In this document: piece by piece, positions 53,829 to 62,282 of the stretch
Layout of the letters: each line of letters begins with the position of its first letter
How positions within the stretch are numbered: the first letter of the stretch is position 1
Origin: Gemmatimonadales bacterium
Lineage (GTDB): Bacteria; Gemmatimonadota; Gemmatimonadetes; Gemmatimonadales; GWC2-71-9
NCBI GenBank assembly: GCA_965250155.1
Contig: OZ252291.1
Location: 708,583 to 772,582, forward strand
DNA: 64,000 bases
Direction of reading: 5' to 3'
Notes under the pieces: generated by a model
Databases searched by the model: none
What the model saw: the letters and a program-made list of their open reading frames with translations, nothing else
What the model was told of the DNA's origin: nothing
Position numbers and translations under genes: made by a program

Positions 53829-54244
53829 CCAGCCCGTGCGAGCATCCAGAGGTTGATCGTCACGACCACGATCGCCGCCATGTGGAAACCAGGCGGTGCG
53901 CGACTATCGGCGGCCGCGAAAAACGCCCCTTCGATCAAGAACGGGAGCCGAAGACCGTGGATCGGCCATATCACGCGGGCAAACCACACGTTACGCCACC
54001 TATACAGCCCAACGAACACAAGTCCGGCCACGAAGGCGCCGACCCCGAGCCAAAACCAGGCACGGACTCCGGTGGGCACCCCACCGCCCCCCATCATCAC
54101 ATACGCCGCCGCCTCGTAGAGGATGGCAACGTGCAGGTACACGAACGCCGCTTGGCGAAATTTCGCCACGCGAGCGTCAGGCCAATCCTGTTTTAGTATG
54201 AACCCTGCCATCGCACCACAACAATCCACCCCAACGCCACGCAT
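53816..54244 (-). CDS. hypothetical integral membrane protein
   Basis: 142 aa with 3-4 hydrophobic helices. It is the first gene of the minus-strand string. No family recognised. Confidence 0.45.
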   Translation of the reverse strand: MRGVGVDCCGAMAGFILKQDWPDARVAKFRQAAFVYLHVAILYEAAAYVMMGGGGVPTGVRAWFWLGVGAFVAGLVFVGLYRWRNVWFARVIWPIHGLRLPFLIEGAFFAAADSRAPPGFHMAAIVVVTINLWMLARAGWDL

Positions 54245-54277
54245 GGCAAGGGCCTATTGCGTTAGTTTGCTAGACCC

Positions 54278-54901
54278 ATGCCGGCATTGTTGCATCCCAT
54301 GAGAAGCGAGCGCGGGATTGCCGCCGCACCGATCCTGCTCCTCACCGGTTTCGGACTCTTTGTGATCGTCATCGGTTTTCTGGTGGTGTCATCGATGATG
54401 CCCAGAGAGGCCTTGGTGTTCGAGCCCACACCGATCTGGCCAACTCCCGCCCCGGTACAAACACTGCTGCACGACACGGTGACGATCGACTCGCAAGAGC
54501 CGACTATCTGGCACTTCTTCGACTTCGATCGCGCTTCCATCGTGCTACCACCGGACACGGCCGGATGGGACCTGGCGATCCGGCGGTTTGCGGTGATAGC
54601 GGCGGATGCGGTGGCCGACATGGGCCCGGCGGCGTTTGACGAGGTGACCGAAGCCCCTGTAGCCGGCTTCGTCGAAACGTCATTTGGCCGGGATACCCTC
54701 AACGCAGCTATCGACCGGTGGTACCGCTACAGCATGGTATCCCACCTATTGGAGCCCAACGATCATGTGTACGTGGTGCGGACACGCGAGTCCCGATTTG
54801 CGAAGTTGGAGTTCCTCAGCTACTACTGTCCCGGGGTCGTCGCGGGCTGCCTGACGTTTCGCTATGTGTATCAGCCGAATGGCGAGAGGGAGTGGCAGTA
54901 G
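54278..54901 (+). CDS. membrane-anchored HmuY-like domain protein (tentative)
   Basis: N-terminal TM helix. GWDLAIRRFAVIA and VYVVRTRESRFAKLEFLSYYCPG resemble HmuY-like family blocks as I recall them. Confidence 0.4.
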   Translation: MPALLHPMRSERGIAAAPILLLTGFGLFVIVIGFLVVSSMMPREALVFEPTPIWPTPAPVQTLLHDTVTIDSQEPTIWHFFDFDRASIVLPPDTAGWDLAIRRFAVIAADAVADMGPAAFDEVTEAPVAGFVETSFGRDTLNAAIDRWYRYSMVSHLLEPNDHVYVVRTRESRFAKLEFLSYYCPGVVAGCLTFRYVYQPNGEREWQ

Positions 54902-54904
54902 GCA

Positions 54905-54947
54905 GTACCGCCCTACCGCCTTACCGCCTGCGTGGGTGGGGTGGGGC
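54905..54947. repeat. tandem octamer NTACCGCC x3 followed by a G-run tract
   Basis: GTACCGCC, CTACCGCC and TTACCGCC at 54905-54928, then TGGGTGGGGTGGGGC at 54933-54947. Together they occupy almost all of a convergent intergenic gap. Confidence 0.85.
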
Positions 54948-55447
54948 TACTCTCCGTCCGCCGTCTCGCCGAGGGGATGCTCGATCAGATCCTGTCTGAT
55001 CTCTGGATGGACGGTCCACAGGTAGTACCCCATACCCACCGCGGCAATCAAGTTGCCCACCGCAACACTCGACCATGCCAAATGTCCCAGCAGCGCCGCC
55101 GCCATGGTGGCAACGACGATATAGAAGCCCACCTCGAAGATCGCAAAAAAGACGACAGCCAGGAACAGCGTCGATGGAAATTTATGGATTACGCAGGCAA
55201 GCGCCGACGCGATCATTCCCACAAAGGCAAAGAGCAGCACATGCAGCATCGTGTAGGCGATCACGGTGGGGAAATTGATCTCGACCAGGGCCGGATCCCG
55301 CAATCCCCAAAAGACCGCCGATCCCAACATAGACGGCGTGTAGAACGGGTTGCCGCCGATCAAGTCGACCAGGAAGAACCAGAGTGCCACGGCGGCCGCC
55401 CCAACCAGCCCGGCAACGAAACCCTCCCGAATGATGCGTGCGAACAT
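54947..55447 (-). CDS. hypothetical four-TM membrane protein
   Basis: 166 aa with four clear hydrophobic helices. No family recognised. Confidence 0.55.
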   Translation of the reverse strand: MFARIIREGFVAGLVGAAAVALWFFLVDLIGGNPFYTPSMLGSAVFWGLRDPALVEINFPTVIAYTMLHVLLFAFVGMIASALACVIHKFPSTLFLAVVFFAIFEVGFYIVVATMAAALLGHLAWSSVAVGNLIAAVGMGYYLWTVHPEIRQDLIEHPLGETADGE

Positions 55448-55469
55448 ATGCTAGTATACTCCCTCCTCC

Positions 55470-56438
55470 CTATTCACCCAACACATACGAAAATATCAAC
55501 GGCGCAACGATTGTCGCGTCCGAGTTGATCATGAATTTCGGCGTGTCCACGTCGAGCTTGTACCACGTAATCTTCTCATTCGGCACGGCCCCTGAGTAGG
55601 AACCGTAGGAGGTGATGCTGTCGCCGATCTGGGCAAAATACGCCCAGAACGGAACTTCGCGCTTGAGGTCCTGGAGGATCAACGGCACCACACAGATCGG
55701 AAAATCCCCGGCGATGCCACCACCGATCTGAAAGAATCCCACCGGCGTCGACTCCTCAGCACGCCGCAGATACCACTCCACCAGCGTCTGCATCTGTTCC
55801 GTGCCCGTGCGTACGGCAGTGTGACCCTTGAGGTGCCCCCGGATAACACGCGCCGTGAAGATGTTCCCCAGCGTCGAGTCTTCCCAACCGGGTGTGAAAA
55901 TTGGAAGGTTCTTCTCCTTAGCGGCAAGCACCCACGAGTGTTCCGGGGGCACCTGAAAGTATTGCTCGAGTTCCTTGTGATCGAGCAGATCGTACACGTG
56001 CTCCCATGGAAACTTGGCCTCAGCACTGCCCTCGGCCGCTTTCCACAACTCGACCAGGATATTCTCGGTGTGGCGCATCACCGATTCCGGGATGCACGTA
56101 TCTGTCACCCGGTTGAACCCCTTGTCCCGCAGCTCCCGCTCGTCCTCGGGTCGGAGATCCTTATAATGCGGGACGAGAGCGTACTCCCTGTTGGCAAACA
56201 GATTGAACAAGTCTTCCTCTAAATTCGCTCCCGTAGCGCAGATTGCGTGCACCTTGCCCGCTCGGATCATCTTTGCCATCGAGATACCGAGCTCGGCCGA
56301 ACTCATGGCCCCGGCAACAGTCAGGAACATTTCGCCACCGTCATCGAGCAGCTTCTTCCACCCCTCCGCAGCCGCTACTGTCTCCCGGGCGTTGAAGTGC
56401 TTGAAGTGCGTTCCCATGAAAGAGCTGATCGTGCTCAT
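55470..56438 (-). CDS. deoxyhypusine synthase family protein
   Basis: Motifs FLTVAGAMSSAELG, VHAICATGANLEEDLFN and GGGIAGDFP. Confidence 0.85.
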   Translation of the reverse strand: MSTISSFMGTHFKHFNARETVAAAEGWKKLLDDGGEMFLTVAGAMSSAELGISMAKMIRAGKVHAICATGANLEEDLFNLFANREYALVPHYKDLRPEDERELRDKGFNRVTDTCIPESVMRHTENILVELWKAAEGSAEAKFPWEHVYDLLDHKELEQYFQVPPEHSWVLAAKEKNLPIFTPGWEDSTLGNIFTARVIRGHLKGHTAVRTGTEQMQTLVEWYLRRAEESTPVGFFQIGGGIAGDFPICVVPLILQDLKREVPFWAYFAQIGDSITSYGSYSGAVPNEKITWYKLDVDTPKFMINSDATIVAPLIFSYVLGE

Positions 56439-56495
56439 GGCGCCTTTCCTTGAACTAAGATCAAAATCAGCCGTTGAAGGCAGGATCGGTAAAAC

Positions 56496-56807
56496 ATGCG
56501 AAGTAATGAAACGCCGGGCGCTGTTTCACGCGAGGGCCACAGAGCCAAAGATGAACGGTCGCGCAACCTGAGCCCGCTGGAGCCGAGCGTGGTGACGGTT
56601 GGCATCGTCCGGGGCGGCACGCGGTTCAACATCATCCCCGATGAGGTGCATCTGGAGGGAACCGTGCGGAGCTACAACCCCGACGTGCGGGATATTGTAG
56701 AGCGCCACATGGGTGAAATTCTCGAGAGTATAACGGCAGCGGCCGGCGGCACGTACGAGTTGGACTACGACCGGGGGATCGCTCCGTGCAGCCAGCCTGC
56801 GCCGTAA
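56496..56807 (+). pseudogene. remnant of an M20D-family amidohydrolase (C-terminal dimerisation-domain piece only)
   Basis: SVVTVGIVRGGTRFNIIPDEVHLEGTVRSYNPDVRDIVERHMGEILESI matches only about 85 aa of a roughly 390-aa family. No catalytic N-terminal half is present upstream. Confidence 0.55.
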
Positions 56808-56961
56808 CGCGACCCTGCGACAACCAGCACGGACTCAGCCCTCGCGGGCCGAACACTGCGGATGTCTGGACCGGAAAGTCCAACTGGCGCTGCAACAGAC
56901 AACAATGCTATGCCGATCAATCCGTGGCGGACCGCCCCGCTGGACACTCGGAGTAACCTGG

Positions 56962-57994
56962 TCACATAGAACCATATAGTGCGCGTCCGGCAGTCTGCCG
57001 AGCCCTCTCATCGGCTACGCGACCAATCGCCTTTCCTACCCTCTGCTGCGGAGTGGGAGTGGTCGCTGCCTTCAACCCCTGCTTCGACTCGGCCATCGAC
57101 TGAAACCGGTGCACTAGGCGAAAGCCGAGAATTCCGAGCCTCTCCGACCAACGCCGGCAGGACCGGGTCATCACCGACGTGGGCGTCGCGTACTCTGACC
57201 CGACGGCGCGCATGAACCGGCCGACCGATGGAAAGCGCATCTGCGGGTTCACCGACATCGCCTTCGCCACCGCCAGTGAAATACCAGATGGGAGGCCCCG
57301 CACCAGCTCGTCGATGCGCGGCACGGGCTTGGTAAACCGATCTGCGATCGTGGCCTGGTCCGAGTCTCCCGCAAACGGAGCTTGTCCCGTCAGCATCTCG
57401 TACAACACGCACGCCAGGCTGTAGATGTCGCTCCGGGCGTCCAGATGGTCTCCCGTGGCTTGCTCCGGACTCACGTACGCCGGCGTCCCACCTGAGGAAT
57501 TTACCATCGCACGCCTAAGGACGGCCCTCTACGTGCTGGGCTCTGGCGACTCCGAAATCGGCCAGCACGGCGTGCCCCGCAGACATCAGGATGTTCTCCG
57601 GCTTGATGTCGCAGTGGATGAGACCGCTCTCGTGGGCGTGTTCCAATGCCTCGGCTACCGAAAGCCGCTTCTTCTCGTGCAGGAGATCCCGCAGCGATCC
57701 CGCCTTGAGGTACGGCATGACGTAGTACAGGCTGTCAGCGCCCTTTCCGGAATCGATCAACGGAAGGATGTGGGGATGCTGCAACTGGGCCGTCACCCGG
57801 ATCTCGCGACAGAACTGACGCTCCCCCACATCGGCGACGACCTCGGCCGACAGCGCCTTGATGGCGATCTGCCGTCCGTGCTTTACGTCGCGAGCCAGGA
57901 ATACGGTGCTCATCCCACCGCGCCCCAACACACGGTCGAAGATGTATCTGTCGGACAGGGCTGCCTGGAACCGAGCGTCAGCAAGCTGCGTCAT
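56962..57994 (-). pseudogene. Ser/Thr kinase paralog, frameshifted in the activation loop and internally shortened
   Basis: ORF 57515-57994 ends ...[15 protein letters not shown] different frame continues as (VLRRA)[16 protein letters not shown]. About 11 aa are missing before HCDIKPEN compared with the intact kinase at 31355. Confidence 0.7.
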
Positions 57995-58230
57995 GGTACA
58001 CGCTACGATGCAACTCTCGTGCCTGATTCAAGCAATCTATAACTTCATATAACACAATAGATTACCATAGTACATGTAAAGCTAATTCTACAGGTTCTGC
58101 GGTCGCTGCTGAAACCACCGTCCCAATATTCGGACACCACCAGCCGTCCTAACCCAGTCCCGAGTAGCCCAACCCACATACATGAGGATGCACCACCCAG
58201 CTCTACGGTCGCGGTCCCCCAAGAGGTGGA

Positions 58231-58260
58231 TTGACTATCCGGAGCCGCCCCGTGTATGCT
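58231..58260 (+). promoter_or_regulatory. candidate sigma-70-type promoter of the ferritin gene
   Basis: TTGACT (58231-36), an 18-nt spacer, then TATGCT (58255-60), about 65 nt upstream of the ATG. Confidence 0.3.
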
Positions 58261-58325
58261 CTTTCACAACACAGGCAATCCCTTTTCCATGTCAATGACC
58301 GGGTTCTCCCAGCCCTGAGGACGAA

Positions 58326-58832
58326 GTGATGCTCAGCAAGGCAATCCAGGAAGCTCTCAACGAACAGATCAAGCAAGAGTTTTTTTCTGCCAACGCCTAC
58401 CTGGCGATGACAGCCTATTTCGAGGACGGCAACTTCCCCGGCTTTGCCAAATGGACGCGGTTGCAGTACGAAGAGGAGATCTCCCACGGGATGCGGTTAT
58501 TCGACTTCGTGCATGCGCGCGGTGGTCATGCTACTGTCTATGCTATCGACCAACCCGCAAGCGGGTTTGCGTCGCCCCTCGACGTGTTCGAGAAGGCGCT
58601 GCAACAGGAGCAAAAAGTCACCGCGCTGATCGACAGGCTCTACGAATTGGCCCAGAAAGAGAAGGATTACGCTACGCAAATAGAGCTGCAGTGGTTCATC
58701 ACCGAGCAGATCGAGGAAGAGAGGATTTTCAACGAAGTCATTCAGACGCTCAAGCTGGCCGGCGACAACCAGGCCGCGCTGCTGCTACTCGATCGGCAGC
58801 TAGGTAGCCGGCAGGCCGAAGCTGTGAATTAG
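58326..58832 (+). CDS. ftnA: non-heme ferritin
   Basis: LNEQIKQEFFSANAYLAMTAYF and YEEEISHGMRLFDFV (ferroxidase-centre Glu/His pattern). Confidence 0.9.
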   Translation: MMLSKAIQEALNEQIKQEFFSANAYLAMTAYFEDGNFPGFAKWTRLQYEEEISHGMRLFDFVHARGGHATVYAIDQPASGFASPLDVFEKALQQEQKVTALIDRLYELAQKEKDYATQIELQWFITEQIEEERIFNEVIQTLKLAGDNQAALLLLDRQLGSRQAEAVN

Positions 58833-59076
58833 CGGGACGGTAGCCGACTGCGTCCGGTCAGCCGCTGATAATCGACCCCCGGTGGTAGCCCCTGGGGAAA
58901 TCGGGTATGCGGAGGCAAATCTCCACAGGAACACCCATACCTTCGCAGCTTGTCGCAGCCTTCGCATGGTGTCTTCCTCGATTGCGGGTTGGCGCTGGAC
59001 GTCGCAGGATACCGGTCGGCCCGGCATCCACTCGGCACCGGAGCGTCAAGCCGGCGTCAACCGGCAGCCAAATCGC

Positions 59077-59373
59077 CTAGGAAGATCCTGGAGGACGTGA
59101 CTCCCCGCCCGCTGACTCCAAGCCTGGGAAAAATATTCTCAGATTGCTTTCAGGGACTCGACGTGTGTAGCGCGATACGGCCAAGAAGAGAATCAGGCTG
59201 GTCACAACGCCCACCTCCACCGCGTCGATGCCGTGCGACGCGAATCCACGTTGGCCCGTGAGTTCCCAAGCCAGACACGCACCGAAGCCCCCCACCATCG
59301 ACGCCACCGCGCCACTCGCCGTACCACCGCGCCAGTTGAGACCGATCACTACTGGAACAAAGAAGAAACTCAC
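59077..59373 (-). pseudogene. C-terminal remnant of a sodium:solute symporter (SSS) family transporter
   Basis: FFFVPVVIGLNWRGGTASGAVASMVGG plus two TM helices. This is only the last ~80 aa of a ~500-aa family, and no upstream continuation was seen. Confidence 0.5.
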
Positions 59374-59654
59374 AATGAACTTCGCTTACTCCACTACAAT
59401 GGCTTGCACGTCACCGAACTCTTGAAGAGCGAGCGGCGGCAGGGCTGGCTGCCACTGCGCTGATAGCGACCACAGTGATATTCGCGTCATTGCGAACATC
59501 ACGGACACGCTCAGGGATTCTCGGGCCGAGTGGTGGATGGCGGTGCTAGCACTCATCTTATCTCTTCCCTGGGCAATCCGCTTCGTTCGGAATAGCTGGC
59601 CGGACGACGGGTGGGATTTGCCGTATCAAGCCGTTCGAGAGTAGGCAGTGGGCG

Positions 59655-60413
59655 GTGGGTAGTGGATTAGGAGCACCGGTGTCAAAGCAACACGTCCACA
59701 TCGAGCAAATCGATCGGGTAGCCGTGGTGAGGCTCGACCGTCCACCGGCGAACGCCCTCGATCTTTCCTTCACACGAGATCTCGAGGCAGCCCTGGGCGA
59801 AGTCGAGTCCGGTGACGCCGCCTCCCTCGTCCTCACCGGCTCGGGAGATTTCTTCTCGGCGGGTCTCGACCTGAAGGTGGTCCCCGGCTACTCCCGCGAG
59901 CACCAGCGCGACATGATCGTCGCCCTGGGAAGGCTGGTCGGCAGGCTGTATGGCAATCCACGGCCCACCGTTGCCGCGGTGAACGGCCACGGCGTCGCTG
60001 CGGGGACGCTCCTTGCGCTGGCGTGCGATTATCGGATCGGGCCTCTGGGGGATTACCGATTCGGTCTCACCGGAGCCCGTGTTGGAATCCCGTATCCTGT
60101 TGCGGCACAAGCTGTTATAGACTCAGAACTGGATCCCGCCGCGAGGCGGATCCTGCTCCTGGGAGTTGCCCGGTTGTCTCCCGATGAGGCGGCCGCCCGG
60201 GGCATCCTCGACGAGCTGCATCCCCCGGAGAGAGTCCTGGAACGGGCCATCGAGGTGGCCCGAGAGCGGGCCGAGTTACCCGCCGACGCCTACGCGAAGA
60301 TCAAGGGCCAGCTTCGCGGCGCGGCATTGCAACGTATTCGGGACGCGAACGACGGCGGCAACGACCCCTTGCTGCAATCCTGGATAACGGTCGACTCGGC
60401 AAATGGGCCGTAA
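59655..60413 (+). CDS. enoyl-CoA hydratase/isomerase (crotonase) family protein
   Basis: Motifs VAVVRLDRPPANAL, GSGDFFSAGLDL and AAVNGHGVAAG. The likely true start is the GTG at 59679, preceded by AGGAG. Confidence 0.8.
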   Translation: MGSGLGAPVSKQHVHIEQIDRVAVVRLDRPPANALDLSFTRDLEAALGEVESGDAASLVLTGSGDFFSAGLDLKVVPGYSREHQRDMIVALGRLVGRLYGNPRPTVAAVNGHGVAAGTLLALACDYRIGPLGDYRFGLTGARVGIPYPVAAQAVIDSELDPAARRILLLGVARLSPDEAAARGILDELHPPERVLERAIEVARERAELPADAYAKIKGQLRGAALQRIRDANDGGNDPLLQSWITVDSANGP

Positions 60414-60577
60414 ATTTATCCTTCCTGGACGCTCATGGCCCATCGGCATATCTTTACCCGGCAGAGGGATACGGCGCCGCGGACTCGGCCACCGGGTTTC
60501 GCGGCATTGATGTCTCTCGGAAGCAGCAGCGGCTAGTCGAGCGTTGGCGCGGTGATTCGATCCCTTCGGAGTAATCG

Positions 60578-62266
60578 ATGACTGTCCCTACCGACAAAGA
60601 GCTGTCGGCGCGCTGGCGCAACGAGCCGGCGCCGTTACTTCCTCTCCTGCACGCCTTCCACGACCGTGATGGTTACTTGTCGGACGACGCTATCGATCAC
60701 GTTTCGCAGGCGCTGAAAATTCCGATCGCTGATCTGTACGGAACCGTCACCTTCTATCACCACTTGTCACGGCGTGAAACCGGCAGCCATGCGCCCCATG
60801 GCGTTGCGGCACCCCGCGTATGCATGGGACCGATTTGCAGCCTCTGGGGTGGGGCCGAGATCCTGGAGGCTTTGAAGAGCGAAGGCGCGACCGCCATGCC
60901 CTGCGCCGGGCGATGCGACGAGCCGGTTCCCGTATTGTGGGGCGCAGAAGTTTTTGTAGGTATGACTCCAGAAACCTCGCAGGCTCGTTCTTCACCGATG
61001 CCGCCACCCAATCCCGGCGGCGTGGAAGAGTGCGTGTTCGCGGCGATTCGTGAGCCGGGCAGGGCAGGTATCGACGGTTATCGGAAGACGTGCGGGTACC
61101 AGGGGCTCGAGCGCACTGTGGCCGTGTCGCCCGATGAAGTGACAGAGATCATTTCCGAGAGCCAGCTCGCAGGGCGCGGCGGTGCCGGTTTTCCGACAGG
61201 TAGGAAGTGGAAGGCCGTGGCAGAGGCATCCGGCGAACCCAAGACCATCGTGTGCAACGCCGACGAGGGGGAGCCCGGTTGCTTCAAGGATCGCGCGATA
61301 CTCGACTACGACCCCCACGGGTTGATCGAGGGCATGGCCATCGCCGCATACGCGAGCGGCGCGACACGTGGGTTCATCTATCTGCGATACGAGTATCCGG
61401 AAACGAGGAATATTCTGGAGAGGGCGATTGGCGAGGCGGAGGCGGCAGGCTACCTGGGCGAGAGCATACTAGGGAAGGATTTTGACTTCCGCATCTACCT
61501 GCGGCGGGGAGCCGGAGCGTACATCTGTGGCGAAGAAGGATCGCTGCTCAACAGTCTCGAGGGCAAACATCCGTTCCCCCGCAATCGCCCCCCTTACCCA
61601 GTCACTCACGGTTACGAGAACCTTCCCACAGTCGTCAACAATGTCGAGACGCTGGCATCGGCACCGCACATCCTGCGGCGCGGCGCAGAGTGGTACCGAA
61701 GCCTCGGGCGGAACGGACATGCGGGAACGAAGCTGATCAGCCTGTCCGGCGACATCCGCAGGCCGGGAAACTACGAGGTTCCCCTCGGCCTCCCGTTGCA
61801 GACGCTGCTCCACGACTGGGCGGGGGGACCATGCGACGGTCGGTCGATTCGAGCCGTGACGATGGCCGGATTGTCCGGGGGGTTCCTCGCCGGCGACGAT
61901 CTCGATGTCACCCTCGACGAGCCGAGCATTCGGAGCGTGGGATCGATGCTGGGGGCGGGAGGGATAATGGTGTTCGACGACAGCCGGGACATGATGGCCG
62001 TATCCCACGCGGCCATGGAGTTTTTCGCCGAGGAATCGTGCGGCAAGTGTTTCCCGTGTCGCATTGGTACGCGGCGCCTCACCGAACGGCTGGCAGACGG
62101 GGGGCAGGGGCCCACGGACGTGACGGAATGGATCGATGAGGTTACGGATATCGGCCGAACCATGAAGGCGACCAGTGCTTGTGGGCTCGGAATGGCCGCA
62201 CCACTAATCACCGACAGCCTAATGCGTTATTTTCCACAGTTGGTTGCGGAGCACGTGAAGTCTTGA
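60578..62266 (+). CDS. fused NuoE-like/NuoF-like NAD(H)-binding flavoprotein (formate dehydrogenase beta-type subunit)
   Basis: N-terminal 2Fe-2S motif CMGPIC...CAGRC. Then GRGGAGFPTGRKW, CNADEGEPG and ESCGKCFPCRIGT. Confidence 0.85.
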   Translation: MTVPTDKELSARWRNEPAPLLPLLHAFHDRDGYLSDDAIDHVSQALKIPIADLYGTVTFYHHLSRRETGSHAPHGVAAPRVCMGPICSLWGGAEILEALKSEGATAMPCAGRCDEPVPVLWGAEVFVGMTPETSQARSSPMPPPNPGGVEECVFAAIREPGRAGIDGYRKTCGYQGLERTVAVSPDEVTEIISESQLAGRGGAGFPTGRKWKAVAEASGEPKTIVCNADEGEPGCFKDRAILDYDPHGLIEGMAIAAYASGATRGFIYLRYEYPETRNILERAIGEAEAAGYLGESILGKDFDFRIYLRRGAGAYICGEEGSLLNSLEGKHPFPRNRPPYPVTHGYENLPTVVNNVETLASAPHILRRGAEWYRSLGRNGHAGTKLISLSGDIRRPGNYEVPLGLPLQTLLHDWAGGPCDGRSIRAVTMAGLSGGFLAGDDLDVTLDEPSIRSVGSMLGAGGIMVFDDSRDMMAVSHAAMEFFAEESCGKCFPCRIGTRRLTERLADGGQGPTDVTEWIDEVTDIGRTMKATSACGLGMAAPLITDSLMRYFPQLVAEHVKS

Positions 62267-62282
62267 TGCGAGAGCGCAGACC

